DNA of 64,000 nucleotides from Epithemia pelagica (GCA_946965045.2 OX337240.1:1550001-1614000); one strand, 5' to 3'; counted from the stretch's first letter, positions 38,001 to 49,447 are shown. Numbers and translations are program-made. Notes: a model not told the origin generated them from the sequence alone.

Positions 38001-38469
38001 GTGCCGTTTGTTTGTTGGAGCATCGGTGGAAACGTAAGGAGATTGGAATGAAAGGTCTGTTTTCAAATGTAGGCCAATGTGCCAAGTGCGGAATTGTGGC
38101 ACACCTGGTGTCATGTAAGGACGACCGGGAGGACGGATGGAAAATTCATAAGCTACCACAATTCGCGAACCATACTTGCTTTGAAATACTCCATTCGACA
38201 CATGGCAGGGAAATGTTTATGTGTCGTTCAACAAGTGGCGAGGATGGCAGATACAAGTACACAACAAAAAAAACCACCCTTTTATAATGGCCTTGCGAGA
38301 AAAGCATGGTTTGTCCCCAGAATACACAAGGAAAAGACGACGCAGTACTGGCAGTGAAAACATGCAAGAGGACAATGAGGAAGCCAATGACAACAACGGA
38401 AACGAGAACGACAACAACGACGACACTGAAAGCAATGAAGACGAAACCACCAATATCCATGAACTGTAA
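35018..38469 (+). CDS. piggyBac-like DDD transposase with long N-terminal extension
   Basis: 1089-aa ORF (35018-38287) with SFDEGG, MDNRY, MGGIDNGD and CAVC...CAKC...H...CFEILH. One extra A in the run at 38266-38273 would restore the A-family-like tail KKNHP...RKRRR...IHEL ending at 38469. Confidence 0.9.
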
Positions 38470-38535
38470 AGACAATACTAATCTAAGTAAAGAAGAGAGC
38501 ATTTCGTAGTTCTCAGTACATGTTTAGTAGGCTAG

Positions 38536-39166
38536 TTAGGCATCGCCATCAGTGGGAGCAGGTCGGAAACCCACATACTGTTCATCCGTGTTTTCATTTG
38601 GAAAGTTTTCACGGACGAAATCTACCAAACAATCCGGCAGTGGAACTCGGTAACCACGTCCAAGGGGACCGTGAAGCTTATTCGACAAGCGCCGATATAG
38701 CTGGTATCGAATTGCACGGTTCGACTCACCTTTGTTTCTGAGATGCATGGCGATTTCATGAATGTAGCTAAGGTGTTCGACAACAACGCAAGGGTTTTGC
38801 TGGCAGATAGAGCACACGTTTTCCCAGTACATGTATCCATGCGATTTCGTGCGCGGCATGTTGTTGTTTAGCTCGTAGAGAATCTTCTCGATGCTTTCGG
38901 GGCAAGCATATTCAATGGGAATGTACCTTGTTTCGGTAGCTTCAGAAGTCTCGTCGATGACTATTCCCTGTTCCCCAGTTACCAACACTTGCGATTTCTT
39001 GAGGGTAAAGGGAACCATCACGCCACTGCGTGGAACACTGTTGTCGTCGAGGGTCGACTCTGCGATTTCGACGGAATCAATGAGATCTGCGAAACAAGGT
39101 GAGGTGAGAATGAAGAAAAAGGACTTCATTGACTGAATTCTTGAAAGAAAAGAACTCACCGTCCAT
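38536..39166 (-). CDS. Passenger/accessory protein resembling the P2X7 C-terminal (ballast, P2RX7_C-like) domain
   Basis: ORF 38536-39207; predicted ATG at 39166 and GT-AG intron 39087-39159 give 185 aa. CSICQQNPC...NRAIRYQLYR...GPLGRGYRVPLPDCLVDFVRENFP...QYVGF resembles the human P2X7 C-terminus (RHCAYR...LPSCCRWRIRKEFP...QYSGF, from memory). Confidence 0.75.
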
Positions 39167-40136
39167 GATCTTCCGATAGGAGGTTGTAGATTGATCGTAG
39201 CCTTCAATGAATGAGGGATGAATGAGGGGAAAAAAAGATACTGTGGTCATTGCTTAACACGGTTCTGTTAGTGTTTTAAGAAGGGAGACAACTAAGCGAG
39301 TAGCATGTTGTCTCCCATAAACTTTATGGGAGACAACTATATGCTACTCGCAGAAGCTTAACACCCGTTCTTTACGAATGGCGTTAATCCACTCATTCTT
39401 GACGGTCCACAAAACTCTTTGTACGACCCAGTGTTCTGCTTTTCGATCGAGGACCGACGACTCAACCCTACACGGAACCTCTCTTCGTATCTCTATGGGT
39501 GGATGTATGTCTAGCATCCTTCAAAGACGTAGAGTATACCGAGAAAGAGCCATGTTGTTAAGGTGATGAGTTGATACAGCTTTTCGCAGAATGAAACGAT
39601 CAATGGTCCTCCTTGGCATTGGACGGTGCCACCAGAGAACATAGCAGATAACATCCCTCTCCCCTAGTAGACAGTGGCGTCTTGCATCTTGCTCCGAAAG
39701 CACCAAAACAGGAGAAACGGAAACAACTTTCTGGCGATGATGGCACTTTTTTTCTCACTCATGTAGAGTAGACGTTCCTATCTCAAGATGCCTATTTTCT
39801 CACCATGTTCCAAAAAGTCGTTGGAGAATGCCGACGAGACGTTGCTGGATACGGAGAAAGGCGTTACATCCAGATTTTATCCTCGCGATACTCTTGGACT
39901 TTGTCTTGTCATTACGATATGGAAGCAAGACAATTTCAGCACTTGGCAACATATGGAATACCACACTTAGATAGTCCCATGGTCTATCCCACTCTTGATA
40001 CTAGCTAGTGCAGCATAATAGGAATAGGAGTATAATATACAATAGGGTTGTAGCTATTGAAGCGAGAACTCCCCTAGCAAGAGTCCAGTCGCAGATCACG
40101 AGTTATCCCCCAAGTCATTTTGATGGAGTCATCTTA

Positions 40137-40498
40137 GTCCTCGCCCTCCCGGGCCCGGCGCGTCGGTCGGCTCACTCCGCGCGGGTGAGTGCGGCAGCGT
40201 TAAAATTAGTGTTGGGGGAGCGCTATTTCAACGATGGGAATTGGGAACGTGCCTATTGAGGTCAATGGGAACGTTCCCGTTCCCAAAGGCATGCCTTTGG
40301 TAACCCGGATGTAACTCTAACCCTAAACATGACTCTAGCTCACTAAACGCCCAGATAAGATAGAATAACACTGTACTCCGAGTAATAGGCTAGGAAAGCA
40401 CGATAAAAAAAAGGAACAATCTATTTTAACGCTGCCGCGCGTACCCGCTAGGGTATCGTCGACCGACGCGCCCGGCCTCAGAAAACTGAGGCGAGGAC
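40137..40498. mobile_element. MITE-like element (~80-bp imperfect TIRs, TA flanks)
   Basis: GTCCTCGCC...CGCGTCGGTCG...GCGGCAGCGTTAAAAT is mirrored at ~40422-40498; TA on both sides; internal perfect palindromes at 40267-40278 and 40283-40300. Confidence 0.65.
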
Positions 40499-40998
40499 TA
40501 ACAAATCAAGAAAAAGGTTGGAACATTACGGGAAAGGGTGTGCAGACCGGAGGATGACTGGGCGCCAAGTATTGAGCCAGTTCCTCAGTTGGATGGCTAG
40601 GACAGCACGATAATATACGTAGTCGCATATGTAGTCGCATTTGGGAATTCCTGGCGGCTTTTTGGCGGCGACGGGAATTGGGAACGGGAACTGGGAATTC
40701 CTCTGGGAACGGCATGCCCCGTGCCAGATTCCCCCAACCCGAGTTAAAGAATAGACCATAGTTTTTTTTTCATTTTGATGGAGTCATCGTCGGTCATCTT
40801 GTACTCGTGTTCTCAACTCGTACTGCCCTTTGTCGTACTCCCTTCAGATAATCAAAAGGTATCTATTGGCTCACCCGCAAGTGTCCCCACTATCGGACAC
40901 CTGACAGCCATCCGACATACTATGACGACAAAGAAAGTTGTTCTTGAAACAAGTCTTCTCTGAGTGGATACTGCCCCTGCATGACTTAGCTTCAAACA

Positions 40999-42980
40999 GT
41001 GTCATTCCATTGTGTAAGACTCGCCGGTTCTATCAGAATGGTTTCCGCCTCTATGGATATTTGTGGCTTTTTGATTCCAGCCAAGGACGATGCTGCCTTG
41101 AAGGAGATTTCGGTGGGTCTGACGGACGGTTCCGACCGACAAGAACAGATTCACTCCGAGATGGGCAAACTCCTGGGTGGTATTGATTTTGGACACGATG
41201 GGCGTCAAGTGCTGCTCGTGAGGCCGTGGGGAGGACAACCGGGCCTCATGGCGTACTACGAAGATGGTGTCCGACGACAAAGCAACAAGACAAACAATCG
41301 CCGAGCAACGTGTTTTGCCATGACCTGTGGCCTCTTGAATGCCCGTTTTGTCGGTGATGTTGTGGTCTTGACGGTCCGTCCAATGTCGCAAACCGCAACC
41401 GAAGCTGCAGAGGTGCTTCTGACGATCGATCAACTGTCGGCTGCCTGCCATACACCGGACCTTCGATCCGAAGCACTCCTGCAACTGGCAGGAACCAAAG
41501 AAACTGTCCCCGAATCCATTGCCAATGCTGTCTCCAACAATTATCATGATCGTGCGGTGCTCAAGAGGTTCAGTGATGTCATGAGGGATCGAGCCATGAG
41601 CGATGACGAGTCTGGTGATTTTGTTAGTTTTTTGGACAGCGAGGGCGATGCGTTTGATCTGGACGATGATGATGACGACGACGACGATGTTGCCGAATGC
41701 GCGAGTCGATCGTTGGATGCAGGGGGAATTGAGTTTGCCGTCACTCGTGTTCCCCTATGTCTGCATTGTCGAAGGCCTGTTTCCAGTCTCTGCAATAAAT
41801 GTCAGGCTGCATACTTTTGCGATCCTCCCAGGAACTGTCGCCAAGAAGGGTAAGCATCCGTCAACCCACTATGATCATTTTGGTATCCATTGTCTAACGG
41901 GTGTTCGGATTTGTTATGGGTTACAGCTGGTCTCATGACTGTTTGTGTGCAACTTGGAGTCTCTACGCACAACGGAGACCGGAACTTTCGTCCTTCCCTT
42001 TAGGGTCGTGGACCGAGGACATTGTTACTCGACAATGCGAACTTTCCGATGAGCCATACGAACAATTTCTTGGAAAGCTTGGAATTGAGAGGAGTGGTAG
42101 CAGCTGGTGGAGGGCCGAGTTTGGAGGGTGGTCAGGTGGAAGTAGTGATAGTGCAAGGACCGTAGACTTGGACACTGGCTTGAACTATGCACAAGGATTT
42201 GCCCCTGTTACGGATATTCCGGCAGAAGAAGATATTGCCATGGACGAACTCAAGGCGAAAAACTGGGACGACAAACGTGGACTTTGTCGCCTCAGCGATT
42301 GGAGCGAATACTACCAGCTACGTGCGATTCCCCTTTCCAGCCCCGTTGCACTCCTCCTCACCTTTCCCTTGACTTTGTATTACGCAATTCTTGAGTATGG
42401 AATGGTTCCTTGCAAGGTTGCCCGCATGATGGAGCGTCCGCTCCGTATTGACATTGTTGGTGTGGAGAAGGAGCTGCACTTTCTTCCTTTGTTCCAAGAA
42501 GCTGCATTTCTGTTGCCGGACGATTTGAAGCTTGAGTTGGTCTTTGTCGTTCGTTCTGATATGGTGCCAGAGTCAATGAGAAACGCCCAACGCAGGGAAA
42601 GAACATTCAACTTTGGCAGCAAACTTGATATCAGAGTTGTCTCTGGAACCTATGGTGACTCACTGGATCCCCTCTTTGACTGTGGTCGATCGGGTCCACC
42701 GAACATGGTCATGGCGTTCAATGCAGGCTTGTACGCGTACGAAACCTGGAGAAGTGTGGTCGAGTTCTTACAAAAGAACAAGAGTTGCATTGGTGTGTTC
42801 TCGGACTACAATGAATGGAGTGGTGTGCAATGCGCCAGCTTGGGTGGTGGTACTAGTCGTACATCACTGCGGGTGAATCCATTTCGCCAGCCTCGAGCAA
42901 TGCCCGTTTACAGCATGAACCTTCCACAATTCAGCAACGGTTTCTTATATGTATTCAACAAACAAGATGCGGAGGAGTAG
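40999..42980 (+). CDS. zf-MYND plus MSS51-like C-terminal domain protein; at least 2 exons
   Basis: GT-AG intron 41850-41926 (branch-like CTAAC) joins CLHC...CNKC...C...CRQEG to WSHDC. Downstream LTFPLT, FNAGLYAYETW and VNPFRQP resemble the MSS51 C-terminal family. Start uncertain. Confidence 0.8.
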
Positions 42981-43013
42981 ATAATTTAAATCTGATTGCA
43001 AGCTTTCTTTGGT

Positions 43014-46000
43014 CTATGTAGTTTTGGTTTTATTCGACAAGAATCCACCCAAGAAACCGAACCTTTGTCTTGATTCTTTGGTTGCAACATCCGCCGTTGT
43101 TGCGTCTGGTAATATTGTCTCGGCAGTTGAAGCGGCAGGGGCTCCGGTATCGGGGTCCTCTGTGCTTGGTTCAACTTTCTTTTGCATCCATGATGGAGGA
43201 TAGTGCTTAACAATGGAGAAAATGGGTTTCGATTGATGCAAGAGGCCAGTCTCCTCGGAAGCAGGAAGTTCGCTCTCTCCACGGACAAGTACTGATCCCC
43301 TTCTTGTGCGCTTCATTTCCTGGTATGCGCAAGAACTTTGTAAGAGGACATAGGATAAGTATGCGAGGTGCGAGGATCGTATCAAACTTACATCATAGGG
43401 AACATCAAATATCATATTGTGAAAGTCATAAGAATTCCTCGAATCTGTCCATCCAATTAGCTCCTGAGGAATTTCATCAACGTCACACGCAAGAAGGGGG
43501 AAGGCAAATCCAACCAATTTGATCTGTGGAACATAACCGTAGATCTCTTCATTAGAGCTGAAATCTATATGTTGCACCATACCACTTGGTTCATAAATGC
43601 CCCGAAAGAAAGAGGAGACAAAATGCAGAATGTTTGTACCAAAGGCAAATATGACGTATCCAACAAGAACGGCGAATGCAGTCCATCCGTAATAGTCCAC
43701 CAACGTTCGTTGCGATTCAGACATGTATTTCAGATCTTCCCTCTCCAAACGTGAAGTGGGTGGGAAAGGGAATACATCTGCATCGAGCCACCTCTGACTA
43801 CAGAACTGGACGTCGTGATCTTGTGTCACAGTGATGCTGTCCATTTGTGTTCCATTGAAAAGTTTAACAATGAAATAGTCTCTGGCATGTCCATAGGACG
43901 GGTCATTTGCCGGTTCACATAAGTTGTCGTAGGGATACTGCGCCCACGCGTATGCACTGACCTGTCAAGCAAGTGCAAAATCCGTTAGACTTGCCAGCAA
44001 ATACTCAATCATCTCACAGCTTAACTCACCATCAGAGAGGCAACCAAACTACCGTAAAAAAAGTAACGTCGTGAGAAACGAGCAAGCTTGGATCCCACCA
44101 TCGGTTGCCGTGCCCAAATACGCATGAGACAGAACTTGTCGGTCTAATCAAAGCACAGTGTGAGGAGCTTTCATAGTGTTAGTTCTCGTCTCGAATGGCC
44201 GGGAACTTACGTAGTGCTGTACAAACAAAATTGCGGCACCAAAAAAGAAGGCGGCTGGAAACAGGGCAGAATAGAAAAAGCATACAAAGAGGATGCTCGT
44301 CAACCCTGTGTACCGTTCGCCAATACTATACTCAGTTCCTTGGAAGTACGTGTTCATTTGTTCCTGTGTCTTGGCGCGAGGCGCGTAGAGATGCTTGTTC
44401 ATGTTTGATGAGATATCTATCAAGCTCAAAAGCGGAGTAACATACAACTCAGAGACAAGAATGGCCTTAATGGAAGGGAGAATGTCTTCCTCGTCATCAA
44501 CCAGAGTTCCAGTAAGGGGCGTTGTCATTGATGCAAGTATGGCCGTGTTGACAAAGCGAAACAAAGTGATCTTAATGTAGAGTGAAGTTTGAAAACTTCC
44601 TTCGGCTGCCACGATCAAACGACAAGGGGCCAGGTGAGTACATATTTGTTTCATCTTTTGGTCCAGATCTGGTCAACGACTTACTCAAGTGCCGTTCGTT
44701 GGTCATGAGCATGCTCACCACAATGGGAATAATGGAATTGAAGACAGAGACAATCATACCGGCAGTGTACGGGCCATACCGAGAGCGAACGAAACCCACA
44801 ACTACACCCGAAATGACCAATGAAAGTATGGTCACAAGAAGGCTGTTAAATTGCTTGATGTATCTGTCCAACAGGTTTGAACTCAAGTCAAGCCATCGCA
44901 CGGAATCGGGCTCGACTGGTTCCTCAACGACCAACAGACGATCTTGAAATACAATTTCAGAGTCGTTTCGTTGGATCCTGTTCATCCATATATCAAGCCT
45001 TCCTATCGACATGGCTGTGAGGCACTTGCGCTGAGCCTCTTCCGTCTCAAACGTCACAAAAACGTTCCTCGCACTGAACTCTTTGTCTTGAAGCTGTCGG
45101 ATTTCCTCGGTCAACCGTTCAATTGTGTTAAAGATGGAACGAGGGGGTACAATCATTCCCATTGCAACCAAAAGTGGATTGAGTATGTTTTTGCTAAAGC
45201 TGGAGGATTCCATCTCTTCTTTTAAAGTGATGTCATTGATCGCTTTCAATACCTGTTCCGTGTCATCCATATGGACTTTGTCGGAGAGCAGCAGACGCAA
45301 CTTGTGCTGTTCCATGCGACGTTCTGTGAGTTTCCGCAGCATTTCATCATTGTCTAGAGCAATTGTAACACAAGTAACAGAGCCAAATTGTTTCTCGAAA
45401 AAGTCTTTCCATTGGTCTGGATCAAACGCCTTTGGTGGTGGATTCTGTACCACCACGGAATAATCAGTCGCTGTGCATCTGGACAAAACAAAAAGTCAAC
45501 TGAGCTGAGAGCAAATCCTTGTTTAATCTGATAACATTTAATGAGCACATACTTGTCTTCGTCGGATCGGACTTCCCTTATCCCGAGATAAATGGACATG
45601 AAGGCCATTGATCCGAGTAAGAAAAAAAAGGTGGCAAAGTTCACCGTACCTTGCACCATGTCGGCTCCATTGCAATCATTGTGTTGTACCAAAACACTGC
45701 CATCTTGAGCCACACCAATCCGTGAGCGAGCTTCCAACTCATAATCGTCCACCACACAATCACGGCAGACAACCCATTCTGAGGTGGTGCATAAGGCACT
45801 TCCTTTCAGGAAGATGCTGCTGATGTTGTCCTGTCCGTTAGGACTATAATCAGAGCTTGCGTAATAGAGAATATTGTGAATGTTCAACAGACCTGCAATT
45901 AGCATCATACCAGAGACCATTTTCAGAGTAGAAAAGTACATATCCATCCCAATTCCCCATTCAACAAAGGATTTTGCATCAGTTCGGAATGGATCATAAA

Positions 46001-46555
46001 GCAGTGTGGGCTGGTTCGCTTCCCCGGGTTCGGCGCGATCATCGGTACCAAGGAAATGTCGAGGAAGAGTGACATGCTCATAGAATGCGTAAGCTTTCGT
46101 CGGTGATCAAGATCGGAGGTTCGCATAGAGAGAAAGAGAAAGCGCGAATAAGAGGTGCGGCAGCTTCACACTACATTTTGGGGGAAATGTGTTGTTACTC
46201 ACCATCGGACAAGCTGGGACCATCTTTATTGTCTTTCATTGGATAGTACCACTGGAACTGGATAACAAAACACAAATGAATGAGTAAAGAAGAGTGGGAG
46301 CCAACCATTCTCAGAATGGCCAGAAATGGAAGAGACTATGGTTGTTCGATCGCTTGCCCGTTCCAAATTCCAACCTACCTTGGAAAGATAAGACTCGACA
46401 AACCGGCGAGTCCAAGTTTTGTCTTCTTCCTCATCTTCTTTGGCAAAAGCATGCATTTCAGCTCGCATCTCTTCGTCCGACAGTGACGGGGCGCTCGTCA
46501 CGATGGAATCATGGTGTTGGCGGCTTGTCCTTCGCGAGTGGTGCACGGTCGTCAT
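43014..46555 (-). CDS. CSC1/OSCA/TMEM63-like multi-pass membrane channel; multi-exon
   Basis: Collinear minus-strand ORFs 46226-46555, 45923-46126, 45354-45947, 44572-45486, 44148-44654 and 43014-43844. Motifs YSVVVQNPP, VFVTFETE, EEPVEPDSVRW and many TM segments. Exon boundaries only partly resolved. Confidence 0.7.
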
Positions 46556-47226
46556 TGCCTATCCTTTCTCCTCGATGGCAACCGGCAGAACAAGGAGCAA
46601 CGGTAAGAGGCTTCCTCCGAAGGTGAAGCAGTATCTCTCAGAGGCTTTGGCTCTCAGTAACTCTGAGAAAACCTACAGACGGATAGAGTTGTTGGAAGAA
46701 TCCAAACAAATGAGATGTGACCGTGCGAGAATCGTTGTGGGCATGTGAACGCGGATCGGTCCTCGCAGTCGCGCGTATTTGTGCATCAATAGAGTGCTAT
46801 GGCTCCAACGAACTCTACTCTTCCTCCATCGGCAGGCATTTTCGTTGTCGCATATGATCAGTCCAGTTCAATATTCAATAATAGATCCGTATTCTTTACT
46901 ATCATGACATATTAGTGCCTGCAGCAAGCTTTCTAACTTAGAATATTTTAAATGGTTCACCTTTCTACAACCTGTTTTAGGACACGAGTTTCTTGCGTAG
47001 CCACATTGACCTTGGTATTAGCTGGAATGGAATGATCCATGAAGAGAACTTCATCCATTCATGAGCGGCAATTGTCCAATTTCGCTCTCTGCGAGAAGAA
47101 ACTAGCTGAGATGCTCCAAAGAGGAAGAAATTGCTTCTCCGTTCGACTCGCATGTCTTTTTTAAAAGTCACGATCCGACATGGACCACGACAACAACGTT
47201 TATATAGCCACCGAGTTTGTTTTGCT

Positions 47227-49050
47227 TCACCACAAATCGGTGCATTGCTCTCCGCATTGTTCCAATTCGTGACGGACACGGTCTCGTTCCTGTTGCAACA
47301 ATCGAACATGATGGGTCATCCATTCATGGGTTCGTTCCAAGCGTTCCACAGTATTGGTACATTGCAAGGACCACGAGAGTTGTGCCTTGTTCAAGAATGG
47401 TCTCAAAGCCAGCAAGGTAACAAAGGAAAAGAGCTCGTAATGATACTCCTCTCGTTTTTGCCATTGAGGACTATAGTAGGGTTCCAAGGTTTCCATCCAT
47501 ACCCGTGTCATGGCCAGTAGGGTACAAACGGATGCTGCCGAATACCCCATACCGTAATTCTCCATTTCACCCACTGTTGGATTGTCAAGGTCCCCAACAG
47601 GGGAAGTTGTTTGAGTGTTGTAGTTCAAGGTACTGGACAAATGAGATTCGGCCGCACCATCCATCAAAGTCAAGGGATCGCCACGCTCGCCGGGTGTAGC
47701 GTGTGGACCGTCCTGTTCGTCGTCCTGCAAAGACGGCCAAAACAATTCTCCAAGGCCGTCATGATCGTACAAATCTTGTCGTAAGCCAACGAGTTGCAAA
47801 CGTGCCTTGGCCGTTTGCAATCCAGTCACCAACTGTTGACGATCCGAGTGTGCTAATTGCAACCGACTGGCCCAGGTCGACATTTTGGCAACAGTGTGGA
47901 CCGGACTGGACAAGGCCCCCGTTTGCGAATGCGCATCGTGATCGTGCAATACACGGACTTGAGCCATGACAATGTTGAGTCGGAGCAAATCATCATCTTC
48001 CTCCTCCTCCTCCTCCTCTTGCTCATTGGTGGCACCCTGGTCGAATTCTTCTTCTCGTTGTTGTTGTGCATGGAGATGTTGTTGAACTTTGAGATCAACG
48101 TGTTGTAGATATCCTTCATCATCTTGCACATCCTTGGCCATTTGAGAAGGCATGCGGTAAAAAAAGTTGGAAAGGGCCGCCCGGCCAATTCCAACCAATC
48201 GAATTTTGGACTGCGATGCCACCACCTGGTTCTTCTTGTTTGGAATCATTCCTCCTTTAAACGACTGCCAAAACGAGGACGACGTGGAGTCCGAAGTAGT
48301 CGACGATGAAGCCAAATTCATGCCCACGACAGCGGCCAAGGTTGCATATCTCTTGCCATTGGGTCCACCATTGGGTGCTTTCTTCCACGCATGACCAAGA
48401 TTGTGATCTCCATCTCCAATTGAGATATCATCCATGATTGCTACCAGAGGGGCAGCATTAATTCTGGCATCCCTACTCGATGCACCATGAAACCCAGTGC
48501 CGCTAGCAGCCACTGAGGGGGATAAAGTGTCTTGGTTTTCGTTCCATGATTGTCCTTCGTCTGGTTGTTCCTCTTCTTCTTCTTCTTCTTCTTCTTGACG
48601 TTGTATCAAAGCAGCCTCCTCTAGTGTATACCATTGTAAGGGTGTGGGTGGATGAAGGACGAGTTCGGCACCGACCAGCAAGGGAGGTTCTCCTGGAATG
48701 GGACCCAATACTGGAATAGTCATTGCCGAATCGGAAGACGGTGCCTGGGTCTTTGGTTCTGATCGTGGTCCTTCTTGTTCTCCACTGCGAGGATGATGAT
48801 GATGATGATCATCCTCTGCCTTGTACGACAATATCGTGCGGTGCAAACGTCCATCCACCGTAGGGCCCTTTTGAGTATAGCCAGTGGCAGGAACGCGAGA
48901 GGTTCCAACCGTTGGATGAACATAGGCGGCTGCTGAGGCATGTCTCGAGGCACCAAAGCCAGACAGGAGGACCATTGCCACGGAAAGGAAGCAAGTCATG
49001 ATTGGACCACTTCTTTTATTGCCAATGTATCGTTGGACAAGGGTTTTCAT
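47227..49050 (-). CDS. Hypothetical protein with probable signal/targeting peptide; possibly a divergent Lon N-terminal-like domain
   Basis: 650-aa ORF; hydrophobic CFLSVAMVLLSGFGA segment. The Lon-N guess rests only on the C-terminal LQCTNTVERLE motif. Confidence 0.6.
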   Translation of the reverse strand: MKTLVQRYIGNKRSGPIMTCFLSVAMVLLSGFGASRHASAAAYVHPTVGTSRVPATGYTQKGPTVDGRLHRTILSYKAEDDHHHHHPRSGEQEGPRSEPKTQAPSSDSAMTIPVLGPIPGEPPLLVGAELVLHPPTPLQWYTLEEAALIQRQEEEEEEEEEQPDEGQSWNENQDTLSPSVAASGTGFHGASSRDARINAAPLVAIMDDISIGDGDHNLGHAWKKAPNGGPNGKRYATLAAVVGMNLASSSTTSDSTSSSFWQSFKGGMIPNKKNQVVASQSKIRLVGIGRAALSNFFYRMPSQMAKDVQDDEGYLQHVDLKVQQHLHAQQQREEEFDQGATNEQEEEEEEEDDDLLRLNIVMAQVRVLHDHDAHSQTGALSSPVHTVAKMSTWASRLQLAHSDRQQLVTGLQTAKARLQLVGLRQDLYDHDGLGELFWPSLQDDEQDGPHATPGERGDPLTLMDGAAESHLSSTLNYNTQTTSPVGDLDNPTVGEMENYGMGYSAASVCTLLAMTRVWMETLEPYYSPQWQKREEYHYELFSFVTLLALRPFLNKAQLSWSLQCTNTVERLERTHEWMTHHVRLLQQERDRVRHELEQCGEQCTDLW

Positions 49051-49447
49051 ACTTCGGTCTGTTGGCAAGGAAGAAACCAAGAACAAGCCATGTAGAATCG
49101 TCGCCTCCTCTCGTCCATCAAAGAAGAGAGAAAAAAAATGATCGGTCGATCGGAATGTTCCCAAAAGGGCAACTGTCAAAAACCTACAAATTCGCAGTAC
49201 ACGTCACCACGAAGAGGCAGGATACTCCCTAGCGTAAGGGGGAGAAGTGCTCGTGAATAACGTTGTTGTGCAATCTCTTACAATGCACACCATGAATCAC
49301 GATCAACAGGGACTCAGCGTTACGCTAGGACGTAGGGTTCAGGAAACCTACGCTAAGGTTACGGGATACAACTGACAGATGATCATGTTCAGTCACGGTT
49401 CTGCCTACCTATCCGGAGCTCTCCTCTAGCAGTTGCTAGGAGTACTC

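Larger units (their letters stand above)
34653..39383 (+). mobile_element. piggyBac-like element, family B, near-intact, two convergent genes
   Basis: TTAA at 34649-34652 and 39384-39387; TIR CGCCATTCGTAA at both ends; palindromes at 34662-34721 and 39296-39351. Confidence 0.95.

Noticed and set aside
39388-40000. Possible decayed retroelement coding fragment next to piggyBac B
   Set aside because: Short broken frames with no recognisable RT, RNase H or integrase motif.
40313-40326. Telomere-like TAACCCTAA as evidence of a telomeric or Penelope-like element
   Set aside because: Only about 1.5 units; expected by chance.
49228-49352. 10-bp inverted repeat CCTAGCGTAA/TTACGCTAGG plus a small hairpin as a MITE
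   Set aside because: Too short, with no TSD and no second copy in the window.
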